NCBI GenBank assembly: GCA_963801355.1
Contig: CAWDEM010000008.1
Span: 832,001 to 896,000 of the forward strand
Length of the DNA stretch: 64,000 bases
Origin: Ignavibacteriota bacterium
Lineage (GTDB): Bacteria > Bacteroidota > Ignavibacteria > UBA10030 > UBA6906
Reading direction: 5' to 3'
Below, piece by piece: positions 27,251 to 35,488 of the stretch; position 1 is the stretch's first letter; every line of letters begins with the position of its first letter. The notes under the pieces were generated by a model, which had not been told where the DNA came from, did not search any database, and was given only the letters and a program-made list of their open reading frames with translations. Both the position numbers and the translations under genes were made by a program.

Positions 27251-27327
27251 GGTAAGTATCCTTTCTGTGTTAGACAGCTCCCGGATGTCGCTCTTGTGAA
27301 GAGCGCCGTTCGTATGAGAACTAATGA

Positions 27328-27388
27328 AGTATACAGGAATGAACTTCAGGATGAATCGGCTGAAAGGATGAAAGGGTAGTTAATCCCC
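27328..27388 (-). promoter_or_regulatory. Conserved island promoter motif, copy 6
   Basis: AGTATA-17-ATGAATCGGCTGAAAGGATGAAAGGGTAGTTAATCCCC. Confidence 0.8.
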
Positions 27389-27418
27389 TCCGTTTACGGC
27401 GACTACGTTGCGGTGTTG

Positions 27419-27658
27419 TCATGCCACTTTCTTGAAGTCGATATATCCGCGTTCCACATCCGTGCTGACCAGTTGCACGCGTAGCTCGTGACCGACATCC
27501 ATGCCTTCATAGCCACTCTCCAGTCTTCCTTCAATGGGTGAAGGCAGAAGACGCACCCAGGTGCCTTTGTCAGAGGCGCCGGTGACGATGGCATCGAACT
27601 TCTCTCCGATTCTGTTCTCCAGCAGTATCGCGCGGTGCTCTCCCACGTTTGTTTTCAT
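27419..27658 (-). pseudogene. Internally deleted RNB-family (RNase II/R-like) gene retaining only the C-terminal S1-like domain
   Basis: LLENRIGEKFDAIVTGASDKGTWVRL...EGRL...GMDVGHELRVQLVSTDVERGYIDF is the C-terminus of short RNB-domain RNases. No catalytic RNB domain. ATGA-coupled to the upstream gene. Confidence 0.65.
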
Positions 27659-27870
27659 TTTGATTTCTTTTTGCCAAGGAAGAGAATGCCGGCACCAACT
27701 ACTGCCATTCCGACACCCACGTACGGTTGCCAGTTCACCGTATGCTGCTTATCAGCCGTTATCTCGAGTTCCCCCAGGTCCACAACCTTCTCTTTGGTGA
27801 CATAGGTAAAGCCTGTGTACAGGGTCATTACCAGACCCGCGATGAGGAGAATGATACCGAGTGTTTTCAT
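27655..27870 (-). CDS. Small two-TM membrane protein (DUF3185-like)
   Basis: MKTLGIILLIAGLVM...TKEKVVDLGELEITADK...PYVGVGMAVVG. GGAAGGA RBS. Confidence 0.75.
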   Translation of the reverse strand: MKTLGIILLIAGLVMTLYTGFTYVTKEKVVDLGELEITADKQHTVNWQPYVGVGMAVVGAGILFLGKKKSK

Positions 27871-27896
27871 GCCGATTTCCTTCCTTCTGTAAGTGT

Positions 27897-28967
27897 TCAT
27901 GTTTTTGCCTTATTCGACAACCCCGGAGAGCCCATACGGGAGATCTCAGGTCCGAGCAAAACTGCTATCCATTGTGTTTCTTCATTCTCCTCACAGGCGA
28001 GCTTCAGGGTCATGGTGAGAGGGACGCAGAGGAGTGCACCGACCACACCGAGAAGGCTCCCCCAAACAATCAACGACACGAAGACGACCAGGGTGGACAG
28101 GCCGAGTCTGCTCCCCATGATCTTTGGTTCAAGGATGTTGCCGATTACCAACCCGATCACGAGATATCCCCCCGCCGTAAGGACGGCATGCCCTGGTCCA
28201 AGTTGGAGAAGCGCCACCAGGACTGCAGGGATCGCAGCGACAACAGAGCCCAGACTCGGCACAAAGTGGAGGAGAAACGCGAGAAATCCCCACAGGACAG
28301 GGTAGTCGACGCCCAGAATGACCAGCCATAACGTTGTCAGAACGCCTGCAGCCAGGTTTATCAACGTCTTGATGACCATATAGCGTTTGATGTCGTTGAC
28401 GAACCTCGTATACTGTGGAAACACGGCTTTAGGGTTATCGAGAATAGTGCGGAGCTTGGCCGGAAAGCTTGCGGCTTCGAGCAGGATAAACATCACCGTA
28501 AAGAGAATGACCACGACATTGGAGAGCGCGGAGCTCAGTGCGGTGAACAGGGCGGCGGTGTAGTTCATCAACGCAGCAGGGTTGAGATATCCGAGCAGAA
28601 CTTTGTCGGTGACGGCAATCCCCTTTTGGGCCAGCACCGGCTTGAGCGAAAGGAGCATATCATGTAATCGGGCCTGGTAGACCGGCACTGCATTCGAGAA
28701 ATCGTTGAGCGACGCACCTATGACGGCACCAATACTCATCAGAAGAGCCACGAAAGTTGCCATCACAATTACCACCGCGGCAACTGAAGGGACACCTTTC
28801 CGTTCCATCCAGAGGACCGGCACCGTGCCGATGACAGCGAGAAAACCGGAGACAAGGAACAACACGACCACTGCTTGTGCCTGATAGATTCCCCAGATGA
28901 TAATCACGCATGTTGCCGCGATGATGAGAAGCGGCGTTCCTCGATGAGCCTCGCCCTGATCACTCAT
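27897..28967 (-). CDS. AI-2E family transporter
   Basis: Multi-TM. RYMVIKTLIN, LWGFLAFLLHFVPSLGS, NILEPKIMGSRLGLS, WGSLLGVVGALLCVPLT. Confidence 0.9.
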   Translation of the reverse strand: MSDQGEAHRGTPLLIIAATCVIIIWGIYQAQAVVVLFLVSGFLAVIGTVPVLWMERKGVPSVAAVVIVMATFVALLMSIGAVIGASLNDFSNAVPVYQARLHDMLLSLKPVLAQKGIAVTDKVLLGYLNPAALMNYTAALFTALSSALSNVVVILFTVMFILLEAASFPAKLRTILDNPKAVFPQYTRFVNDIKRYMVIKTLINLAAGVLTTLWLVILGVDYPVLWGFLAFLLHFVPSLGSVVAAIPAVLVALLQLGPGHAVLTAGGYLVIGLVIGNILEPKIMGSRLGLSTLVVFVSLIVWGSLLGVVGALLCVPLTMTLKLACEENEETQWIAVLLGPEISRMGSPGLSNKAKT

Positions 28968-28985
28968 ACTCCCATCCTTCGTCGT

Positions 28986-30374
28986 TTAGAAGCCCACCAC
29001 ATCTCCCACTCCACTGCGAAGTGCGAACCATACAAAGCGTAAGAACGGATCGTTCCGCTGACGCATGTACTTCACTGTGCCGATCTTCACCACACCCGAG
29101 TCATCCGGCACATTCGTCCCGCGGATCTTGAAGGTGTTGGCAATGAATGAAGCGAAGAGGTCGGCGGCACCGTTCTGGCTACCCGTCTTTCTGTCGATGG
29201 CCGCAAGAATCAGATCTCTGTAGACAGCCCGCACGTTACCCCTGGCGTGCCCCGAAGAGACGGTGATATCGAATTGTGCCGACTGAAGGACCCCCGTCAC
29301 GATGCGCATCTGTTCGGCTGTTTCCAGGAACGGATTGAGTGCTCTGATGTCCATCCTGCCCATCGATCCGGAGTATTGGAACGAGAAGGCCGGCGATCCG
29401 ACCGGAATCACCATGTGCACATTCATCGCCCCCTCCTGCATGAACATTCCCTGGGCGTGCACGACAACGGTTGCACCACTGTCTCCCTGATTGGCAATCC
29501 GTTCTGCCAACACCTGCATGCTGTCAAACGAGATGAGGCCCGGTTTCGCACCGACCGCGAACCTTTCTCCGTAGCGCACACGTCCGTTCATGATGCGCAG
29601 GCTATCGACATGAAGAAGTGCCTGCATCGAAGCAAGAATCTCAGTGGGCATAACGGGATATGAAGTGTCATGGGCGGACGGCTTGTCCTTGTTGATCAGC
29701 ACATCGAGGACCGGATCGCGGATGAGGATGGAGCGGGCATCGTAAGACTCCCCTTGCAGGAGTGCGAGGCACGCCACACCTGCCACGCTGCACTGCTGAG
29801 ACGCGAGGCTGAATCGCGTAGCTCTGAACTTACTCCCTCTGAAGAACTCCTCATCGTCTGTCAGCAGATGAAGCTCCAGGACATCAGCCACGATCTCAGA
29901 ATCGGGCGCCGACAAATGCAGACGCTGACAATTGACTCTATAGTTCGACTGCAAGAAGTTTAACGCGATATCGTCTGCATCGATGACGACACCGGCAAAG
30001 TCCTCCGGCTCCAGTTTTCCTCCCCAGAGGAGATGCATCCAGCTGATCGCGCTCACGGAGTACCGCCCGATATTGCCTGAGAAAATGCCATCGACTGTGC
30101 TCAAGGCAACGGAGTCAAGTTCAAAGCGGTTCTGTGCGACGCTGTACTTCATTTCTCCGATGCGTAGCGAGTATGCGGGATACGTTTCAGCAAACGCCCC
30201 GGCAATCCTTGGTTTGATGAATCGATTCACAAAGGGATCAGGGAAGAGCAGCAGAACCAGCAGGCAGACGAGGAGCAGTGCTCCTGCGGCGGCACCTGCA
30301 TACGATGCTCTCTTCAGTAGAGACGGCTTCTGTCGCTCAGCCGTTGAATGCCCGTTCTGCATGAGGTCTATCAC
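28986..30374 (-). CDS. Membrane-anchored beta-rich protein (DUF748/AsmA-like)
   Basis: Single N-terminal TM, repeated beta-strand character, C-terminal FIANTFKI...RQRNDPFLRFVW. Confidence 0.6.
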   Translation of the reverse strand: MIDLMQNGHSTAERQKPSLLKRASYAGAAAGALLLVCLLVLLLFPDPFVNRFIKPRIAGAFAETYPAYSLRIGEMKYSVAQNRFELDSVALSTVDGIFSGNIGRYSVSAISWMHLLWGGKLEPEDFAGVVIDADDIALNFLQSNYRVNCQRLHLSAPDSEIVADVLELHLLTDDEEFFRGSKFRATRFSLASQQCSVAGVACLALLQGESYDARSILIRDPVLDVLINKDKPSAHDTSYPVMPTEILASMQALLHVDSLRIMNGRVRYGERFAVGAKPGLISFDSMQVLAERIANQGDSGATVVVHAQGMFMQEGAMNVHMVIPVGSPAFSFQYSGSMGRMDIRALNPFLETAEQMRIVTGVLQSAQFDITVSSGHARGNVRAVYRDLILAAIDRKTGSQNGAADLFASFIANTFKIRGTNVPDDSGVVKIGTVKYMRQRNDPFLRFVWFALRSGVGDVVGF

Positions 30375-30405
30375 ACTGCTTTCTTTCTCCCGAGACCTGG
30401 ACAGG

Positions 30406-31017
30406 TCAAAGCACGCTCACGAGGGCAGCCAGCCCCGACGCCATGATCAAGACGCCGGCGATTCTGTTGACCCATCGGAGTCCACCCGAGTTCAGCTTCT
30501 TTCTGAAGAATGTGGCAATGGCACCAAGGACCACGAACCAGAGAGATGCTCCCGCAAACACTCCCAGGACAAGAATAGACGCTGAAACGATCTTCATCGT
30601 ATGTCCCAGTCCAAACGCAGCGAAAACAGCAATAAAGGCAAAGATGGTCACCGGATTGGTGAGTGCGAGGAGAAATGCGGAGACATACGACCCCAATTTC
30701 CCCTTGTTGTCGAAGGGGATGATAGGATCCTTACGCTTGGCGCGGAATGTCCTCAGGCCAAGGAACAGAAGCAATACTCCTCCACCAAGACGCAGCCACA
30801 ACTCCTGGCTGGTGATCGCATCCGAGACAAACGTGAGACCGAACGCAGCAATGCTGCCGAAGAGTGCATCGGCGGTGGCAGCCCCAAAACCGACGATGAG
30901 TCCGCGGATGCGCCCTTCTGCGAGCGTTTTGCGTATGCACAGAATGCCGAGCGGTCCGACGGGCACCGCCATCGCAAAACCAATTATCAGTCCTTTGAAG
31001 AAGAAAATCGGCTCCAT
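30406..31017 (-). CDS. LysE family translocator
   Basis: AVPVGPLGILCIRKTL, GAATADA, LTNPVTI, VNRIAG. Confidence 0.9.
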   Translation of the reverse strand: MEPIFFFKGLIIGFAMAVPVGPLGILCIRKTLAEGRIRGLIVGFGAATADALFGSIAAFGLTFVSDAITSQELWLRLGGGVLLLFLGLRTFRAKRKDPIIPFDNKGKLGSYVSAFLLALTNPVTIFAFIAVFAAFGLGHTMKIVSASILVLGVFAGASLWFVVLGAIATFFRKKLNSGGLRWVNRIAGVLIMASGLAALVSVL

Positions 31018-31122
31018 ACTCTCGGTTGCCTGGCGACTGAAGGATCTGCGCTAATTCTGAAGAGACATTCCGCCCACCAACGTCCACATCGCCTTATCGG
31101 TGGCCGAACCGGTAACACTACA

Positions 31123-31148
31123 AGGGACCCGGAATATTCCCAGGTCCC
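31123..31148 (-). terminator. Hairpin downstream of the OmpA-family gene
   Basis: GGGACC CGGAATATTCCCA GGTCCC inverted repeat. Poly-U tail is weak. Confidence 0.4.
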
Positions 31149-31180
31149 GTGTATCCCACCAAGTGCTTCATGCCTGACGA

Positions 31181-31990
31181 CTATTTGGCGACGATGATCT
31201 CAACCCGCCGATTGTTCGCCCGGCCTTCGGCGCTGGTATTTGCTGCAACCGGTCTGTCTTCACCAATCCCGTGCGCTTCAATCATATCACCCGGGTAGCC
31301 ACGAGAGATGATATACGAGCGGACTGCATCCGCACGCCGCTGCGACAGCTCCTGGTTGGAGCTGGAAGAACCCTGGGAATCCGTGTGACCTTCAACGATA
31401 AGCTTCCGGTCTTTTGTCATCAAGAGCGCATCGGCAACCTGGTTCAGCCGTGTCTGCGCCGCGGACGAGAGCTCTGACTTGTTCGAAGTAAACAGGACGC
31501 TTCCCGAGAGCGTAATGACAAGACCGCGAGCTTCTTCTTTCACTGCTGCGAGTTTCGCGAGATCTGCTTGTGCAGTAGCCAACCTTGCGTCTGCCTCGGC
31601 CCGTGCTTTTTGCTCAATCGCAAGGTCCGCTTTCGCCTTCGCTGCAATATCCGCCTGTGTTTTCTCGAGCTCCTTAGCTGCTTTAGCAGCGACTGCATTT
31701 TCAGCGACGGTGGTGGCTAGCGCTTCGGCCATCTTGGCTTTGCGATTCGCGACATAGGCGAGATCCTTCGTACGGAATGACTTAGGCTCGTCCAGGAACG
31801 ACTTCTCGGCGAGTGCAAGAGCCTCTTGTGCCTTATGCAGTTCTGCCGGCACCAATTGTGCCGCCTGCCCCGCACTTGCGTGCTGGTACGCTTGACGTGC
31901 CTCGATGAGCTCTGTCGGGGGAAGGGTAGTGCCGCAGCCAACCAGAAGTCCGGCGCATGCGACGATGATAAGCGATGTGATGGGTTTCAT
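31181..31990 (-). CDS. DUF4398 + OmpA-family lipoprotein
   Basis: Lipobox LVG-C, Ala-rich helical region, VEGHTDSQGS...NQELSQRRADAV...GRANNRRVEI. Confidence 0.9.
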   Translation of the reverse strand: MKPITSLIIVACAGLLVGCGTTLPPTELIEARQAYQHASAGQAAQLVPAELHKAQEALALAEKSFLDEPKSFRTKDLAYVANRKAKMAEALATTVAENAVAAKAAKELEKTQADIAAKAKADLAIEQKARAEADARLATAQADLAKLAAVKEEARGLVITLSGSVLFTSNKSELSSAAQTRLNQVADALLMTKDRKLIVEGHTDSQGSSSSNQELSQRRADAVRSYIISRGYPGDMIEAHGIGEDRPVAANTSAEGRANNRRVEIIVAK

Positions 31991-31992
31991 GG

Positions 31993-32370
31993 CTAATTCC
32001 TTTCACGAGGTAACTGGTTGTCTTTCCGAAGCTGCCGTACCCGCTCAATCGCTTTTGTGGCTTCTGCTTTGTCGGCATCCCCACGCGAGAGTGCTACCGC
32101 CAATTCGCCATCGGCCTCTGCACGCAACAGCATTGATGCAGCCTGTTCCTGCTCGCCTTTCGCTGCAAGTGCTTTAGCTTTCTCCAACCCCTCCTTGGCA
32201 AGTTGCAGATAGAGAGATGCGGTCGGAACAGTCGACGCACCAACCTCCTCAGCGGCACGGATCGCCGATGTGGTAGGCTCCTTGTTGAGCGCGGGGCTGC
32301 TGCCGCAACCTGCGAGCAGCGCACCGAACAGAACACTTCCGGCCACTATGGCCACGGTCAGATGTTTCAT
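31993..32370 (-). CDS. DUF4398 lipoprotein
   Basis: Lipobox LAG-C, SAIRAAEEVGA...ASLYLQLAKE...RAEADGELA. Canonical partner of the OmpA gene. Confidence 0.8.
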   Translation of the reverse strand: MKHLTVAIVAGSVLFGALLAGCGSSPALNKEPTTSAIRAAEEVGASTVPTASLYLQLAKEGLEKAKALAAKGEQEQAASMLLRAEADGELAVALSRGDADKAEATKAIERVRQLRKDNQLPRERN

Positions 32371-32451
32371 TGAAACCTCCTGTTGTGTTATTCTAAAACG
32401 TGAGCTACAAACCCTCCTCTTTCGGTATGGGCTATCTCATGGTCGCGACAT

Positions 32452-32512
32452 AGTGTACCGTTGATTGGAGCGCAATCCAATAGGCCGAAGGGATGATAAA
32501 GTGCTTAATCCC
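32452..32512 (-). promoter_or_regulatory. Conserved island promoter motif, copy 7
   Basis: AGTGTA (TACACT on -)...AATAGGCCGAAGGGATGATAAAGTGCTTAATCCC. Confidence 0.65.
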
Positions 32513-32570
32513 TGGAAGGATAGAAAGAAAGGAGTACTGACATTACGCGGAGACGGGAACGAGGCGGGGC

Positions 32571-33248
32571 TTAGGATTCCCCGTTTTCGAACGAGTGAGT
32601 TGCTATCTGCAGGCGGCTGTGAAGCGCCAACTTCTCGAGGATATTATGCACGTGGCTTTTCACCGTGTAGGTCGAGAGGCTCAGTTGTTGGGCGATTTCC
32701 TTGTTACTCATTCCCTCAGCAATGAGGATGATGATCTCACGTTCACGTCTTGTCATCCGCGTTGCCGAGGACAGTTTGACGTTCCCAAGTCGGACTGCAT
32801 TCTCGACAATATGCGTGAACAGTGATCCCGTCAGCACGGGGGGAAGGATTCTTGTTCCTTTCGCGACGGATCGGATGGTTGCCAGGACCTCACCTATCGA
32901 TGCGTCTTTAAGTATGAAGCCCAACGCACCGGCCTGGACCAACTCGACGATGTCCTGTTGCGACGGAATGAGACCCATCCCGATCACTTTGACCTCTGAC
33001 AATTCACGGAGCAGAGACTTTACAACATTGATACCGTTCGCACTCCGAAGCCCCAGGTCTAAGAGGACTATGTGCGGCTTCAGATTCCGCGCCTGCTCCA
33101 GGGTATCGTGATTGCCCACGGTTGATCCGACGACTCTGAGATCCGGCTGCTTGTCGATGAGCGACTTGATGCCATCGCGCAATATGCGATTGTCTTCGAT
33201 GAGCAGGATCTTTGTCTTCTTCACCCTAATAATCCCTGGATAATGCAC
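32571..33248 (-). CDS. Orphan NarL/LuxR-family response regulator
   Basis: REC domain (LIEDN...LLDLGL...FILKD) and LuxR HTH (MTRREREII...GMSNKEIAQQLSLSTYTVKSHVHNILEKL). Confidence 0.92.
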   Translation of the reverse strand: MHYPGIIRVKKTKILLIEDNRILRDGIKSLIDKQPDLRVVGSTVGNHDTLEQARNLKPHIVLLDLGLRSANGINVVKSLLRELSEVKVIGMGLIPSQQDIVELVQAGALGFILKDASIGEVLATIRSVAKGTRILPPVLTGSLFTHIVENAVRLGNVKLSSATRMTRREREIIILIAEGMSNKEIAQQLSLSTYTVKSHVHNILEKLALHSRLQIATHSFENGES

Positions 33249-33619
33249 GCGAAGATTTCATTCCCCTCATGTACTATGGTACCCCAGTGAATTGTCATTT
33301 TCAAGGGAATTCTTTTGATGACGGGCATTGGTCACATCAGTGTGAGCTGTTATATACCGCGGGGGTACATCAGAAGCGGCCACAGGAGAGGTTCATCACC
33401 CCGAACGCTGTTTATTCTTACTTCCTACGGATCCTCATCTGCTTCTTCCGTTACCACCGTCGTTCTGCCGGCGAAAGGCTACACCATCGCGAAGCGGTTG
33501 TTCTGGAACTTCGAGATCCAGCTTGTGCAAGCCCTTCTCAGAAACCGTGGAGCCCCGCGAAGGGTGGTTTGCTTCACACCCGTTCGCCTCAGACATGTCC
33601 GCCTCCGTCTCCACAGAGT

Positions 33620-33952
33620 CTATCCGGCTCGTTTCGATCGTGCTCGTTTTCTGAGCGGTGTTCTTGAGCTTGCCGGTCGTCGCACAACATGTTTCTGTTT
33701 GTTCAGCGCTTTTTGGGAGGCAATCAACTTGTTGTTGGTCTTCTTCAACAGCGCGACAGTCTTCTTGAACTCATTAACCTGGAGTCTTGCGTCATCCTTC
33801 GCAATCCCGTACTTTTCCTGTAGCTTTCCCACAAGCTCTTCGTATTTGCCGGAAATTGCAGCCAGCTCGTCGTTCATCAGCTTTCCCCACTGGTGCATCG
33901 CTTTCCCCCGTCCCTGTTTCCATTGCCCTTCAATGCGATCCCAGCTCATCAC
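33620..33952 (-). CDS. csbD: CsbD-family stress protein with basic C-terminal extension
   Basis: WDRIEGQWKQGRGKAMHQWGKLMNDEL...ELVGKLQEKYG. Confidence 0.85.
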   Translation of the reverse strand: MMSWDRIEGQWKQGRGKAMHQWGKLMNDELAAISGKYEELVGKLQEKYGIAKDDARLQVNEFKKTVALLKKTNNKLIASQKALNKQKHVVRRPASSRTPLRKRARSKRAG

Positions 33953-33967
33953 ATACCTCCTCTCGAT

Positions 33968-34246
33968 TTATGTATCCAGTCGCTGTGTTACAGGATGATC
34001 CCCGGTGAACAGCGTAACGTTTTGCGGCCATGCAATTCGCTCCGTTGTGTCGATTCCCTTCCAACGGTGCAGTTGAGTTTCGATAGCCGCTGCGGCATTG
34101 GTCTGGAAGTCGGAGATGTACTCTGCTTCAACCCGCTTCCTTTCGCTCTCTTCTTTCTCCCTGGTCTCGCGCCACATCGTACTTGATGCACTTCGCCAGA
34201 CGGGCAGAGCGGCAATCGCAGTGGTGATCGACACGATAGGTTTCAC
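33968..34246 (-). CDS. Hypothetical or degenerate ORF
   Basis: Sits between the two csbD copies and overlaps the upstream stop. No motif recognised. Confidence 0.3.
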   Translation of the reverse strand: MKPIVSITTAIAALPVWRSASSTMWRETREKEESERKRVEAEYISDFQTNAAAAIETQLHRWKGIDTTERIAWPQNVTLFTGDHPVTQRLDT

Positions 34247-34575
34247 GACGGCCTCTTTACTAAGTGGAATGTTTTCCTCACCGGCTTTCCGCTCACCGCG
34301 CGTTCTCTCCCCGCGTCTTTGTGCTCATGCAGGGATTTCTGCAACTGCATCAAACGGCTATTGGACTTCTTGAGGCGCCCGATCGTCTTCTTGAATTCTT
34401 TCACCTGCCGGCTCGCCTCTTCATTCACAATTCCGTATCTCTCCTGTAGCTTTCCCACGAGCTCCTCAAAGTGGCCCGCGATCGCAGCGAGGTCGTCGTT
34501 CATGACCTTTCCCCAATGGTGCATCGCCCTTCCTCTGCGCTGCTTCCACTCCCCCTCCATTTGATCCCAGTTCAT
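34243..34575 (-). CDS. csbD: CsbD-family stress protein, second paralogue
   Basis: MNWDQMEGEWKQRRGRAMHHWGKVMNDDL...ELVGKLQERYG. Start at 34575 after GAAGGA. Confidence 0.85.
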   Translation of the reverse strand: MNWDQMEGEWKQRRGRAMHHWGKVMNDDLAAIAGHFEELVGKLQERYGIVNEEASRQVKEFKKTIGRLKKSNSRLMQLQKSLHEHKDAGRERAVSGKPVRKTFHLVKRPS

Positions 34576-34591
34576 TGGTTTGTGTCCTTCT

Positions 34592-34954
34592 TCACTTTCT
34601 ATCGTTCGCGATTTCTGGTACCGTCGTCGGCATTCCATTGCTCGCACTGGTGGCACCGGAAGTTCTTGAGGCGTTTGCGCCGAGCACTTCCGCGAGCCTG
34701 GCTTCACGAACGGCAACGATGGCGATATGGCGCGCCTGTGACGATATGGGGTCTTTCCGGAAAGCTTCCTCTGCGAGAGCCAGTGTTTCCTGTGCCTTGC
34801 GCAAGTCGGCCGGCGCGAATTGTGTCGCGGGAGTCGCACTTGCGTGAGCGCAAGCCTGTCGCGCACTTATGAGCTCTGCCGGGGGCATGACCGTAGCGCA
34901 GCCAACCAGCATTCCTGCAAAGGCGATCATGAGGAGATGAGCGATGACTTTCAC
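34592..34954 (-). CDS. DUF4398-like lipoprotein (paralogue of the OmpA gene N-terminus, no OmpA domain)
   Basis: LVG-C...PPAELISARQA...APADLRKAQETLALAEEAF aligns with PPTELIEARQA...VPAELHKAQEALALAEKSF of 31181-31990. Confidence 0.75.
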   Translation of the reverse strand: MKVIAHLLMIAFAGMLVGCATVMPPAELISARQACAHASATPATQFAPADLRKAQETLALAEEAFRKDPISSQARHIAIVAVREARLAEVLGANASRTSGATSASNGMPTTVPEIANDRK

Positions 34955-35000
34955 AGTTACATCCTTTCCCTTGGTGCGTCAGGAATTCTAACGCAATTGA

Positions 35001-35060
35001 AGTATACAGAACTGAGCTGCAGAATGAATCGGCTGAAAGGATGAAAGAGGAGCTAATCCC
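35001..35060 (-). promoter_or_regulatory. Conserved island promoter motif, copy 8
   Basis: AGTATA-17-ATGAATCGGCTGAAAGGATGAAAGAGGAGCTAATCCC. Confidence 0.8.
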
Positions 35061-35306
35061 TTCGTGGAGAGAATTGTCTGTTTTTAGAGGGTCAAGGGAG
35101 ATGGGACGGAGACTGTGATGTGCGGGAAGGTTGAGGCTCGCAGGAAATTCAAGGAAGGGATGAAGAAGAGATATTGCGTGTGTTATGCGTATCCGGGAAG
35201 GGGGGTGGCCTCAAAGGGTGGCCGAAACAGGCAAATTTGAGCATTTCTGTCTTTTTTTTCAAAAACCGAGAATCTTTTTGGCGCAGTTATTGTTATATTA
35301 CGTGAG

Positions 35307-35471
35307 ATGAAAAAAGTACCCTACACAATTTGCCGTCAGTGCGGGCGGGATTTCCCCGGAAACCCGAGCATGCGCCGCTGCCCTACGTGCCGGAAGAAAG
35401 AGGCACAGTATCGCGCACAGCGTGAACGGATGAAGCGGAATCTGCCTTACTACCTCAAGACGGATATCTAG
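35307..35471 (+). CDS. Small Zn-ribbon protein, 54 aa (below ORF-track cutoff)
   Basis: Hand translation MKKVPYTICRQCGRDFPGNPSMRRCPTCRKKEAQYRAQRERMKRNLPYYLKTDI. TG-n-TATATT extended -10 at 35291-35299. Confidence 0.65.
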   Translation: MKKVPYTICRQCGRDFPGNPSMRRCPTCRKKEAQYRAQRERMKRNLPYYLKTDI

Positions 35472-35488
35472 GAGTCGTTGTCGCGACT

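Noticed and set aside
33269-33998. + strand ORFs 33269-33667 and 33315-33998
   Set aside because: They overlap csbD on the opposite strand and have low-complexity, non-protein-like composition.
10674-35060. Island motif interpreted as a MITE/REP or riboswitch
   Set aside because: There are no terminal inverted repeats or target duplications, and it lies upstream of the -10 box, so it would not be transcribed. The fixed spacing fits a protein-binding promoter element better.
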